The notes beneath the pieces were generated by a model. That model made no database searches. It had not been told where the DNA came from and saw only the letters and a program-made list of their open reading frames with translations. Positions 40,238 through 52,645 of a DNA stretch of 64,000 nt are shown here, one piece after another. This DNA comes from Squalus acanthias (Eukaryota), in NCBI GenBank assembly GCA_030390025.1, contig CM059432.1, forward strand, positions 100,628,001 through 100,692,000, in the 5' to 3' direction. Within the stretch, counting starts at the first letter, position 1, and the number at the start of each line of letters is the position of its first letter. The position numbers were made by a program, and so were the translations under genes.

Positions 40238-40700
40238 AGGACCGGGGGGGGGGGAGGGGGGGGGGCAGAGAAGATCGGGGACATCGAGGGACCTGGATTG
40301 GGGGGGGGGGCGGCAAGATCGAGGGACCTGGGGGGAGGGGGGAGGAGAGAGAAGATCAAGGACATCGAGGGACCTGGGGGGAGGGAGGAGAGAGAAGATC
40401 TGGGACATCAAAGGACCTAGGTGGGGTGGGGGGAAAGATCACTTCGGGACCATACACGAGAGGATTGTGGCCGGCCTCAAGATCATTGGGGGGGGAGAAC
40501 ACTTCGGGGCCGGTCACCAGAGGATCGGGGCCGGCCTTAGGATGATCGTGCGGGGGGAAACACTTTGGGGCCGGCCACCAGAAGATCATGGCCAGCCTGA
40601 TGCTGACTGCGGAGGGGTTGGGGGGGGGGGGGGGGAGAAGGAAGATCGGGGCCGGCCACCAGAGTATTGTGGCCAGCCTCAGGATGATCGTGGTGGGGGG
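40238..40700. repeat. G-rich imperfect tandem repeats inside a MITE-like element (element to ~40993)
   Basis: About 4 units of agaagatc..gacatcgagggacctgGn, followed by about 4 units of ggggccggccaccagaNgatcNtggccNgcct, with G runs up to ~14. Confidence 0.75.
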
Positions 40701-41688
40701 GTAGGCTAGCTAGGGACCCTGGATCCAGGAGGTAGGTATAAAGGCACTTACCTCCTGGATGCAGCAGTCCCTGTCTTGCTGTAACTGCCGGGTTTTACAA
40801 AGTGTGTAAAACCCGACCAGATGCAGTTAAAAACAAAATGGAGGTTAAAAAAGAGGCTTCCAGCCTTATTCGAATATTTAAGTTGACATCCTGCCTCCTG
40901 GAAGTGGGCGGGTTCAAGTCGGGAATCCGATTTTTAACAATTTAACTACCCCCATGCTCCAAATCCACCCTTTTTTAGGTTAAAATTCCCCCCATGATCT
41001 CTGTTTCAATCACTAATTCTGGTAGTGAATTCCAGACTCACAATCCTCTGTGTGAAGAAGTTTTTTCCTGCTTTAATCTTATTGCTATATCCCCTTATTC
41101 GAGACTCCTCAATTTGTTTTTATCTACTTTGTCCATTCCCTTCATCATTTTAAACACCTCGATCAAATTACCTCTTAACCTCCCCAAATAGTCAAATCAA
41201 TCTTTGTATTTGTATGTCCTTATACCAGGCATCCTCCTAGTGAATCTGTGCTGTACCCGCTCTATTCCCTCAACATCCTTCCTATAATATGGAGCCTAAG
41301 ACTTCAACTGTAAATATAATTCTTTGCAACTAATTCTTAAACGAACTGATGATTAAACTCCCATATTAAGGTGCATTCATTTGTGTTTTATCTAGTTTTG
41401 CACTGTATATCTAAATAATTAAAGTTTACAATTACTGGTTGACCTACACACTACAAAGCAGAAATCAACTAATCGTTTATTTGCTGTAGTGTTTAAAACA
41501 CTTCAACTTGTCTATTTGCTCCATTTCCCAAACATTACTGAGCATGCTTCTGTAATAACAAAACAGCAGAAAATTGCACACACCAATTATTGTTAACAAT
41601 CTTCACGTTGTAGAACTTGTTTATGGTAGAACAAAACTTGCTACTACTGCAACTACTTATATATAATAGAATTTTGAAGTTTAAATCA

Positions 41689-41892
<204 letters not shown>

Positions 41893-42007
41893 TTAAAAAG
41901 GGATAAATTATTTATAATAATAATGTTAGCTTACTTGCTGCGATTTAAAAAAAAATAAAACATGTCTTGTGGGACAAACAGCCACAAAAGTCCCAAGTAC
42001 TCGTAAC

Positions 42008-42177
42008 CAATGTTCCCTTTAAAATTTTGTTGTTGTGTGCGGCCAGTTTTTTTCAATGAGTGGTACCTTTAAATTTGTTGCGGTATTTGCGGACGTGAAC
42101 CTAGAGAGATGAGAGCTTGTGAACGTCCTGCTCCGTACCTTCAAAGTTGCAGCGTGCACAGCTTAAAGAGAACATTG
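42008..42177. mobile_element. hAT-type MITE, 170 bp
   Basis: TIR CAATGTTCCCTTTAA / TTAAAGAGAACATTG. Perfect 8-bp TSD CTCGTAAC (42000-07, 42178-85). Confidence 0.9.
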
Positions 42178-42417
42178 CTCGTAACTTATGATGGAACTTT
42201 TGTTTGTATTCTATTACTATTTGCAGCGAGTCCTTCGAAAGGGAGCTAGACGAGTGGAAGACATTTTGGCCCGGAATTTCCCGGATCACACTTATGCCGG
42301 TTTCTGCACCCAAATATCCTATGGAGCTCATTTACCAATGCTAGAATGTAAAAGTGGCATCTCAATCTCAGAGCATCTTGTCTCTGCTGTTCCTCTTCCT
42401 CTTCCATTATTATGTAG

Positions 42418-42630
42418 TGATGTGGAGATGCCGGCGTTGGACTGGGGTGGACAAAAATGAGAAGTCGCACAACACCAGGTTATAGTCCAACAGATTTATT
42501 TAATTTTACAAGCTTTCGAAGCAGTTCGCTCCTTCGTCAGGTAACCTGACGAAGGAGCGAACTGCTTCGAAAGCTTGTAAAATTAAATAAATCTGTTGGA
42601 CTATAACCTGGTGTTGTGCGACTTCTCATT
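42418..42630 (-). mobile_element. Penelope terminal-repeat insertion forming a perfect palindrome
   Basis: Arms 42456-42542 and 42544-42630 are exact reverse complements. Flanking duplication CATTATTATGTAG at 42405-17 and 42627-39. Homologous terminus at 45657. Confidence 0.85.
42506..42544 (-). ncRNA. Minimal type I hammerhead ribozyme motif (PLE-type); mirror copy on + at 42542-42580
   Basis: UUAC-CUGACGA-A-GGAGC(GAACU)GCUUC-GAAA-GCUU-GUAA: core boxes, 5-bp stem II, 4-bp stem I, palindromic AAGCUU in place of stem III. Confidence 0.7.
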
Positions 42631-44624
42631 ATTATGTAGAACAAGGGTTTGCTCATTAGGAAGGCCATTCCAGTTACTTAGTCCTCCTCCCCTTAAAACC
42701 CAACTTCCGGCTCAGCTTCACTTGGCAGCTGATGGATCTCCCCCTGCCCCCCACCCACCCCCACCCCAAATGGCGAGCTGCCAGTGAGCACTGGTACTAC
42801 ACTTGCAGCTCACCGTTCATATTGAAACAAGGCCTGGCCCTCAAAATGGCTCAGGCCTCTCAGTAAGGACTGTGGGTGAGTGGCACAAGCACTCCTCCCA
42901 CCGCGTTGCAGAAGTCCACTCAAAGCCTAAACCGCCTGACATATATTAAGTGCAGGGGAGAATTTATGCTCTCCTGAACCCCCACCGTAACTAAGACAGA
43001 AGAGCAACGGAAACCCTGGAGAAACAGCATAAATGTCCCTTTTTAGCCATTTACACCGATTCTCCAGGGTTCAGCTGATCTACTGCCAGTGAACCCTGGT
43101 GGAAATTGCAGGCGTATATATTGATCGCAATTATCATATTCATGTGGCGAATGGATTGAACCAAACAGAGACCTAAACCAGAAAAAAATATATATATCTT
43201 TTGGAAATCATCAGTGTAACTGAATGATTCCACAGATCAATAACACAAATGAAAAATTGGTGGCGGGACAGAATATTATTGGAATAGAACTTTACATCGT
43301 CATATCAGAGGAATTCTGCACAATGTCTGCCCTCAGACTACCACTAGTCGTCAGTTTTAAACATAAAACAAGGGGCAACTGAGAGACATTGATATGTACA
43401 AATATCTTTCTTCAAAGCAGGAACTGTGCAGCAGTTCACTTGAATACACTTCTCCTTTGAGCAATTTCTATTGACTTTTCCTCTCCAGAATGTCAGGAAA
43501 CAAATGCCTCACTGGGGAAGCATAACAATTTAAAAAAAAACAACCTTTATTTAAATAACTTCCTGCTAGATCACTATTTATCATTTTGATAATACCAGAA
43601 GCCTGTGATTATGGAAATATGCAAAAATTGTGGAAAGTGACAACAGGCACAATTATCGCCTGCTGCCTGCCCTATTTATGGGCCATCCGGCAGTTGAAAA
43701 TGGCAATGAAACAGCGCTTGCTACTTGGACGAGAGTTGTTAGGACATGGAGTGCCCCCCTGGAACAGCAACATAAACAGGATTCATGACAGCTTTTAAAA
43801 GGGAAATGGATAAATATTTGAGCAAGAACATTTTAAAGGGCATGGGGATAGAACAAGTGAATGGAACTATGGGCATATCTTGTTCTAAGAGCCAGTCAGG
43901 CACAATTGGCTTAATGACCTCTTTCTCTGCTTTACAATTTATGATTCCATGATTTTACATGTCCATCATTTCATTAAAGTAATAGTTACATCAATAGTTC
44001 CAAATAAACCAAGAAGTCACAATTTTGCTAAATAAATAGCAAATGTGTCCAATATTTGCAGATTCCAAATTCATTTTGGTTCATTTATCATCATAGTTGG
44101 TGCGAATGATGCAGGGTGTTGTGAGATGCTGGCTTGTCCTGGGCCATTAGCTGGTAGGCTGTTGAACCAGGTCTACACAACGGAAGAGGAACATATGCTT
44201 CAAACTGACTGCAGGCCACTACTTGAAATGGTGAGTGAGTGAGTGTGAGAGTGAAAGTGAATCATACTTTATCAAGCATGACTTCAAAGACAGCATCCTT
44301 GAATGTGGAGGCATGGGGTGAGAATACTTAATTTTACAGGGATAGTGCAGCTTTAATTTCTTTGCCTTGTCAGGCAGGTGACAATGTGGCCCTTCAAATG
44401 GCTGCTGCAGCACTTTAAAATTCCTGTCAGCTGTGCTCCTTCAGGTAGTTCACCGTGCAGATGAGTGTGTGTTCTGATTACTGCTCATGCCAAATTTCTA
44501 TGGGGAGCAGAAAAATGTCCCCTCATCAGACTATTCCCACCCAAACTGTGCCCCAACAAGAATTTCTGCCTTAGTATTGCAAATATACCTCCAGCAATAA
44601 TGTATTTAAGACAATTCAGACAGT

Positions 44625-44920
44625 GTAAGAAAGAACCTGCATTTACAGAGCACAACTTCAAGATGTCTCAAAGTGCTCCACAACAGATGACTTTTAAAGT
44701 GCAGTTATTGTTGTTATTGTGGCAAACGCCAAAGCCAATTGGCACACGGCAAGGTCCTGCAAACAGCATATGAATGAATGACTGGTGGTATTGCTTGAGA
44801 GTCGAATATTAGTCTGGACATATGAGACTGTCGGCTCTTCTTTGAATAGTGCCACTGGATGTTTTATTTTCACCTGAATGGACAGACCTGGCCTCAGTTT
44901 AACATCTAATCCAAAAGCTG
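44625..44920 (-). mobile_element. DeuSINE-type SINE, degenerate
   Basis: Similar to 52240-52645 (ctcttctttgaatagtgcc, cacctga, ggcctcagtttaacatct). Confidence 0.65.
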
Positions 44921-45159
44921 ATATAACATTTGATTCATACAATATCATGTAAACCATATTTATTTGCAAATTTAGGAGCGTTTTTATACTACTGGTACCA
45001 GTCTCAGACAGAGTTATACTAACAGTTACAAGCTGCAGTTTATCGAAGGGAAAAAGAACTCCAAGCATGAGGGTAAACACAAGCTTTTCTGTGCAGTGGC
45101 TTAAATTTTAATATTTGGATAGAGCCAGCATGCACTTGCTGCATTAACTATTAAGTTAG

Positions 45160-45642
45160 TGACAAAATCCCCGATTCTAACACCCCGCCGCCTGGCAGAA
45201 ACCGGGTGGGGGAGCAGTCAAAAATGAGGGCAGTCACTTACCTTACCTCCCGTGATCCTGCTGCCTTCTCACTGTGTCGCGATCTTAACCTGTTCTTTTG
45301 AGCAGGCGAGTGGGACACCTGCAGGAAGGAAGCAGGGTCCTTCTTTAAGTATGCAGATAAGGTCCTGATGATATCATCGGGACTCAACTGCGATATTAAT
45401 TGGAGGCCCGAGCGGGGGAGCTGCGACGGCTTCCTTGTTAGGTCAGACCTGCCGGGAGGCAGATTGTGGAATCTGAAGAGGCCCAAGTAGGCAATTTTAG
45501 GTTTTCTTGTGGGCCAGGAGGAGCAGGAGTGTTCCTCCAGACCTCACAAGAAAGCTTTGAGCCTCTCTTGCCTGGGCTCCCCCCACGATCGCCTCCAGAG
45601 CCTGCAAGCATCATACCCACACCCTCATTTAAAATCAGGGCC
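45160..45642. mobile_element. Probable MITE
   Basis: ccccgattctaac / tttaaaatcagggcc terminal dyad around a GC-rich body with the gggccaggaggagcaggagt motif. Confidence 0.5.
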
Positions 45643-45656
45643 AAAGTATATGTATG

Positions 45657-45860
45657 TGATGCGGAGATGCCGGTGTTGGACTGGGGTGGACAAAAGTGAG
45701 AAGTCGCACAACACCAGGTTATAGTCCAACAGCTTTATTTGAAATCAAAAGCTTTCGGAGCGCTGCTCCTTCGTCAGGTGAAGTGAAGAAATACAAATGG
45801 GCACAGCATATATAGACAGAGAACAATGCCTGTGCAGAGAACAATGCATATGTAGAGCTG
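45657..45860 (-). mobile_element. Penelope terminus, second copy (single arm)
   Basis: tgatgcggagatgccggtgttggactggggtggacaaaa...gttatagtccaacag...ccttcgtcaggt is homologous to 42418-42542. Right boundary uncertain. Confidence 0.8.
45745..45781 (-). ncRNA. Minimal hammerhead ribozyme motif (PLE-type)
   Basis: UCAC-CUGACGA-A-GGAGC(AGC)GCUCC-GAAA-GCUU-UUGA. Perfect stem II; stem I has a mismatch next to the core. Confidence 0.6.
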
Positions 45861-47179
45861 AAACCTGTAATTGTACCTCCGCGTACAAAAGCTGCAGCAC
45901 TAGTGACACATAGCTTTCAAAAATCAATTGGGGGAGAAAGTAAAATCAAGAGATGCACAATACACAAATGAAGTGTGCGCTTGAGAGGATTGATTGTGTT
46001 GAGTCATATAATAGGATGACATTAGAAAGGTGTAAGATATCCAACACATTAATTGTAGTACAGCTGATGACATTAAGGAAACACCCAAGCATGGTAAAAA
46101 GCTTAGAGTAAATGACTAAGATAAGGATTAGTCATTGCATGGACAATAATCCTTTACACTGATGGTGTTTGAAAGCATCATTAATTTATTCAGAATGGTT
46201 ATTTTACAGAACGACACAGGAGTAAGAAATATGTGTAATTAATTTACTATTGGCAGTATATAATCCTCCATTCTATCGAGGTGCGAGAGGTAGAATCAAG
46301 AAACTAACTGTACAAATTTGTCAATAGAAAAAAAGCAATTACATTTCAGTTAATTTTATAACATCGGGCTAAATTTTGCAGCCTCCTACAGAAATGGAGT
46401 GGCAGTGGCCTGAAAACCATGGGGAAAGAATTAGCACCCTGTTCCCATCGTCACTGTGGCCATGGCAATCCTCCTACCAATGAGCGGCTGGAGTGCTTCC
46501 CTGAGTCAGGCGGTAGGCCCATTTAAAATGCAAATCAGGTTCCTATGGTGTACATGGGACCCCAATTACCTTTTTAGGGGAAAACGGCACGTGTTTCACC
46601 AGCATTGTACTTGAATAGGACCGGTAAAGGTAAATTTCACATAACCTTTGTGGGACCAAGAGAAGCAGAAGTTCCCTTCCAGGACCCACAAAAATACAGC
46701 AGCCCACTGCCAGTCCTCCCCCCACCCCATCAGCCTCGCCTCCGCTCCCCTTCCAGGACCTCCTATGGCTGTGTTGGGACGCCCGTTTGCTGACTGTAGC
46801 TCGCTGGTCGGATTCAAATGAAGCCTCAAAAGTCGCAGCTACCCCAAAAGTCGAAATCTACTCCATGGTGTCTTCATACATAAGTCACATTATTAAATTA
46901 GGACGGTAACATAATGAACAGTAACTGCTAGAGGCTAATTTTTTCTTTTCCTCATATGGGCAATAATCTGGCGGAGCGGATCGCTTGTCTGTTATAGAAG
47001 CCACAGATTTTTCATAATGGTCAGGCAATCCGCCACGCCAGATTCCTGCCCGTGCTGTGAAGATGAAAATGTATCCCCTTCGTTTCTGTACCTCTACCAA
47101 TAGATTCCAATATACAACAGGCAATGGTTATTGTGTGTGCTGTCACAAATCAGCAATGTACTATTTTGCACAATAACCT

Positions 47180-48480
47180 GAGGGTCAATTTTAGTTTTCC
47201 AGCAAGTTGATGAATGGGCAAGAGGTGGCACATATGGAGTGCACTGGCCTGCCTGCCAGTGAACCTGCACACAATGTCAGAAAGCATGGAGGTGTCCAGC
47301 TCCAACTTGAGTGCTGCCTTTGCGCACGGCATCGAGTCAAACATGGAGTGAGTGGTCAGCTCTATGAGCACTGTGAGGAGCTTTACAGTGAAAGAGCCTC
47401 TGGTGACAGCTCTGTCACCTTTGATGGAAGCCGAGACTGCTGCCATCGTGGCTCTGGACTTCGGCATCTCCTCTGGCTTGTATAGCCTGAAGGAGAACAT
47501 AGATAGGGGCTTTGAGAGACTTCTGGCAAGCCAGCACTCTGTTCTCACACAAAGCAGGGAAAGTGGCATTGGCTCGATGAGAGAGGCACATGCCATCCTC
47601 TCTCAGGATGAGAGCACACCTGCTTTTCCACCAGCCTCTCAACCAGTGCTCTTGCTGGTACCAGACAGCCAGCTGGATGAGACAGTCCTGGCCCAAGCCG
47701 AATCTGCAGCCAGGTCCTCGATGGCCACAGTTCTTCAAGGTTGTCTACTTGGTCATCTCAAGTGCCCTCAGCAAATGTTCAGCAGCAGAAGGTACTGAAC
47801 TGTTGACATCTCGCAAACTGTGCATCAGTGACCTGCCAGATGGCCGTGTGCACAGCCAACTGACTGACGTTACTGATATCACCAGAAGCAGTTTGGAAGG
47901 AGCCAGAGGCATAAAAGTTTAGAGCCACGGTGATCTTCACTGCCACAGGCAGTGCAGCGCATGCCCTGGTGTTGGGCTCAAATTCTCACTCCAATGGGTG
48001 GCCCAGGTAAGTGATCATCTCGCCGTTAAAACACAGCCACCTTACACAACTGCTCATCTGAGGCTCAGGTATGATGTTCTGTTCCTGAATACCCACATGC
48101 TGTAATGCCTCCTGTGCTCTTGGCTCCTTCACCGTCTTCTTGCAACCTGTGCAGCTCTTTGCTGCCTTCCTGCTCCTGACATGGGAGTCTCTTGGGTAGG
48201 CCAGCACCATTCCCACATTCAACAATTCAGAACAAAGTCTGCAAAAGTTTATCTTGGATAAACACTTGCCAAAACAGCCAAAATCATGACCCAATAGCAC
48301 CCTAGAAGCCTAAAACAACTAGCCAGAGATTTACCTAATGGAGGTGAGGATCCCTTCAAATACCACTTATTAAAGCTGCTTGCCAATTGTTCCCACCATG
48401 ATTTGCTGGGCGGATTAAAGAAGCAATGTTTCAGTCACACACGGACACCCATTTCACAAAAAGGTCCAGACTTAGGTGCA
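47180..48480. mobile_element. Decayed Harbinger relic (Myb-gene 3' exon +, transposase 5' part -)
   Basis: ETAAIVAL...RGFE...AILSQD resembles 32833-33025. Minus-strand remnant resembles the transposase N-terminus. gatcccttcaaata matches gatccctttaaata at 35238. Confidence 0.5.
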
Positions 48481-48589
48481 GCACCCTTACTAACATATTT
48501 AAATGATGCATCTGTTTTAGGCAGCCGCCAGTGTCTATGGTTCTGATAATTGGTTTATAACAACTGACTACTAATCAGAAAATAGTGGA

Positions 48590-50950
48590 CTTGTTTTTGG
48601 CCGGCTGTTACGAGTGGGGTGTCGTAAGGATCAGTGCTGTGCCTCGGTGATTTACAATCTATAATATTTTTAAATGATGAGAAACTATTAAATTTGGTGT
48701 TCAGAGGGATTTGGGTGTCCTTGTACACAAAACACAGAATGTTAGCATGCAGGTACAGGAAGCAATTAGGAAGGCAAATGTATGTTGGCCTTTATTGCAA
48801 GGGGGTTGGAGTACAAGAGTAAAAAAAGGCTGGCTGTACTTAAAGTTGATAAGTCACCAGGACCGGATGGGATGCATCCTAGGATGCTAAGAGAAGTTAA
48901 GGAGGAAATCGCGGAGGTACTGGCCATAATCTTCCAATCCACCTTAGATATGGGGGTGGTGCCAGAGGACTGGAGAATTGCAAATGTTAAACCCTTGTTC
49001 AAAAAAGGTGTAAGGATAAACCCAGCAACTACAGGCCAGTCAGTTTAACCTCGGTAGTGGGGAAGCTTTTAGAAACGATAATTAGGGACAAAGTTAACAG
49101 TCACTTGGACAAGTGTGGATTAAGTAAGGAAAGCCAGCACGGATTTGTTAAAGGCAAATTGTGTTTAACTAACTTGATCGAGTTTTTTGATGAGGTAACA
49201 GAGAGGGTTGATGACGGCAATACGGTTGACGTGGTGTATATGGATTTCCAAAAGGCGTTTGATAAAGTGCCACATAATAGGCTTGCCAGCAAAGTTGAAG
49301 CCCATGGAATAAAAGGGACAGTGGCAGCATGGATACAAAATTGGCTAAGTGACAGGAAAGAGAGAGTAGTGGTGAACTGTTGTTTTTCGGACTGGAGGAA
49401 GGTACACAGTGGTGTTCCCCAGAGGTTAGTACTAGGACGACTACTTTTCTTGAGAAATATTAATGACTTGGACTTGGGAGTACAGGGCACAATTTCAAAA
49501 TTTGCAGATGACACAAAATTTGGAAGTATAGTGAACAGTGAGGAGGATAGTGATAAACTTCAAGAAGACATAGACAGGCTGGTGAAATGGGCAGACACCT
49601 GGCAGATGAAATTTAACACAGAAACGTGCGAAGCAATACATTTTGGTAGGAAGAACGAGGAGAGGCAATATAAACTAAAGGGTACAATCCTAAAGTGGGT
49701 GCATGAACAGAGAGACCTGGGGGTATATGTGCACCAGTCATTGAAGGTGGCAGGGCAGGTTGAGAAAGCGGTTAAAAAAGCATACAGGATCCTGGGCTTC
49801 ATAAATAGAGGCATAGAGTACAAAAGCAAGGAAGTATGATGAACCTTTATAAAACAGTGGCCTCAACTGGAGTACTGTGTCCAATTCTGGGCACCGCACT
49901 TTAGGAAGGATGTGAAGGCCTTAGAGAGGGTGCAGAAAAGATTTATGAGAATGATTCCAGGGATGAGGGACTTCAGTTTTGTGGATAGACTGGAGAAGCT
50001 GGGGTTGTACTGCTAAGAGCATAGAAGGTTGAGAGGAGATTTGATTGAGGTGTTCAAAATCATGATGGGTCTAGACAGAGTAGAAAGAAACTGTTCCTAT
50101 TGGTGGAAGGATCGAGAACCAGAGGACACAGATTTAAGGTGATTGGCAAAAGAACCAAAGGCGACATGAGGAAAAAGTTTTTTATGCAGCGAGTGGTTAG
50201 GATCTGGAATGCACTGCCTGAAAGGGTGGTGGAGGCAGACTCAATCGCGGCTTTCAAAAGGGAATTGGATAAGTACCTAAAGGAAAAAAAATTGCAGGGC
50301 TACAGGGAAAGGGCAGGGGAGTGGGACTAGCTGAAGTACTCTTGCAGAGAGCCGGCACGGGCTCAACGGGCTGAATGGCCTCCTTCTATGCTGTAACCAT
50401 TCTATGATTCTATGAGTAAGGAAGTCTTGCTGCAATTGTACAGGGCTATGGTGAGACCACACCTGGAGTACTGTGTACAGTTTTGGTCTCCATACCTCAG
50501 GAAGGATATACTTGCCTTACAGGGTGCAACGAATGTTCACTAGATTGATTCCTGGGATGAGAGGGTTGTCCTATGAGGAGAGATTGAGTAGAGGGCTTGA
50601 CAGGGTAGATGCTGAGAGGTTGTTTCTCCTAGCTGGAGAGTCTAGAACTGGGGGGGCGGGTGCATAGTCTCAAGATAAGGGGTGGACATTTAGGAATGAG
50701 ATGAGGAGAAATTTCTTCACTCAGAGGGTTGTGAATCTTTGGAACTCTCTACCCCAGGGGGCTGTGGATGCTCAGTCGTTGAATATATTCTAGGCTGAGA
50801 TCGATAGATTTTTGGACTCTAAGGGAATCAAGGGATATGGGGATCATGTGGGAAAGTGGATTTGAGGTCGAAGATCAGCCATGATCTTATTGAATGGCGG
50901 AGCAGGCTCGAGGGACATATGGCCTACTCCTGCTCCTATTTCTTATGTTT
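48590..50950 (+). mobile_element. Host CR1 3' fragment interrupted by a second CR1
   Basis: MLAFIARGLEYKSK stops at 48822 and resumes as gagtaaggaagtcttgctg (SKEVLL) at 50414. Tail atttcttatg near 50945. Confidence 0.85.
48823..50413 (+). mobile_element. 5'-truncated CR1 (RT to 3' tail) nested in CR1
   Basis: RT ORFs 48782..49839. Tail attctatgattctat. TSD GAGTAA (48817-22, 50414-19). Confidence 0.9.
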
Positions 50951-52239
50951 CTTATTGTTCATTAAGCCAGTGCAAATCTCAAGTCACCTTTCAAAATGGG
51001 TTTAATAGAATAGATGACATTTTACCACCAGTGCACTAAAACAACAATTGAGTCAACGGATAGGGGGTGAATTCAAATAACTGAAGTAAGACACTATTTT
51101 CTGATATTATTACTGAGACTACAGTTGTACGACACTACTGGTCTAAGACGGATAGCTATAGAATGCAAAGCACAGGCAGCAACAGTCAAGTTATATTGCG
51201 GGTTGGGCTTGGTTGTGAATCACACTGTGTGCCTGTTTACAGTCATGCGCAGATGCCAATTCTCTTAGCGACTATATTTAAATTTAGGAGAGCATGGGCA
51301 AGAGCTGCAGTAAATTTAGTAAGTTCAAATGGACTACCTGCTCCATTTCTAAACCTGGCTTCATACACACTAAAGTTGTATTCAACTTGGGGCCAAGCCC
51401 AAGTAATCTGAGATGACTTTCTGAAAGGGTGTTAGAGTGTTCGGGAGTCAGATCAGTACGTGGCTCTTGAGTTATTTTGCTGTGTTTGTGTCGAGGTTCA
51501 GCCAAGATCACTTTGTGATATAATAATGCCCGACCCACAAAACTGGCCACACCCCCAGGATGAATTAATCAGCATGGCGAGTTTCTGCCAATTGTGCCCA
51601 TGTGCGGCATTTCAAGGAGGCTCTTAAAATTAAGCTGGCTTTTTAGGCTTATTAAAAAATATTAAATTTACCAAGAAACTGACTAATGCACACCAATGAA
51701 ACTAGTAAATGGTTCTGTATAGTTTTTTTAAGTCATTTCCAGTCATTTAAAATTGGGTTATTCCCAGGCGGTGGACTACACACTCTGATTAAACCCATTT
51801 TCAGCTGTATTAATAAAACTGCACCAGGTTACCAATCTTAAATACATCAAGGAATATCTTTTAATGGAAGGCAAAAAAAAACTACTGGCCGATTGCGTTG
51901 GTTCATGGACGACTTTCCGTCAGAGCTTATGCAAATTAATTTTTGTGGAAAATTGAACCATAACTTCACTTCTGAAAACTAGCACAATTTGCGCCCGGAT
52001 TACTGAGGTAATCTTTTTTTATGTCTGTAGACATAGGTACAAACAATATTAGAAAATAAATCATGGCCTGTAGTGTCAATTGTATTGAATGTAAGATACA
52101 AAATAGTTATTGAAATTAGGTATTAAAATTAAATGTATTTGATTGGTTTAGATATTCCTAGGACCCAGCTTCTGAACTACGGGAGGACATGTCACTCAAA
52201 AGATCCTCCACAGGTTGATACACTAGAATGGGAGGCACA

Positions 52240-52645
52240 TCAGAAAGAAAAAATAAATTCTTGCATTTACATAGCGCCTTTCATGACCACCGGACGTCCC
52301 AAAACGCTTTACAGCCAATTAAGTACTTTTGAAATGTGGTCACTGTTGTAATGTAGGAAATGCGGCAGCCAATTTGTGCTCAGCAAGCTCCCACAAACAG
52401 CACTGTGATAATGACCAGATAATCTGCTTTTGTTATGTTGATTGAGGGATAAATATTGGCAAGGGCACCGGGGATAACTCCCCTGCTCTTCTTCGAAATA
52501 GTGCCATGGGATCTTTTACATCCACCTGAGAGAGCAGACAGGGCTTCAGTTTAACATCTCATTCGAAAGATGGCACCTCCAACAGCGCAGCACTCCCTCA
52601 GCACTGCACTGGAGTGTCAGCCTAGATTTTTGTGCTCAAGTCTTG
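52240..52645 (-). mobile_element. DeuSINE (SacSINE1/AmnSINE1-like) SINE, 5'-truncated
   Basis: Minus strand: ctaggctgacactccagtgcagtgctgagggagtgctgc...gtggatgtaaaagatcccatggcactatttcgaagaagagcagggg...ggcgctatgtaaatgcaag, matching the recalled Deu domain and L2-type tail. Confidence 0.8.

Noticed and set aside
40238..40700. CRISPR-like repeat-spacer array
   Set aside because: The context is eukaryotic, the units are degenerate, and the 'spacers' are just G runs.
42456..42630. Palindrome as a miRNA precursor or DNA-transposon MITE
   Set aside because: The asymmetric tail, long duplication and a one-armed homolog at 45657 fit a Penelope terminus better. A perfect stem with a 1-nt loop is unlike a pre-miRNA.
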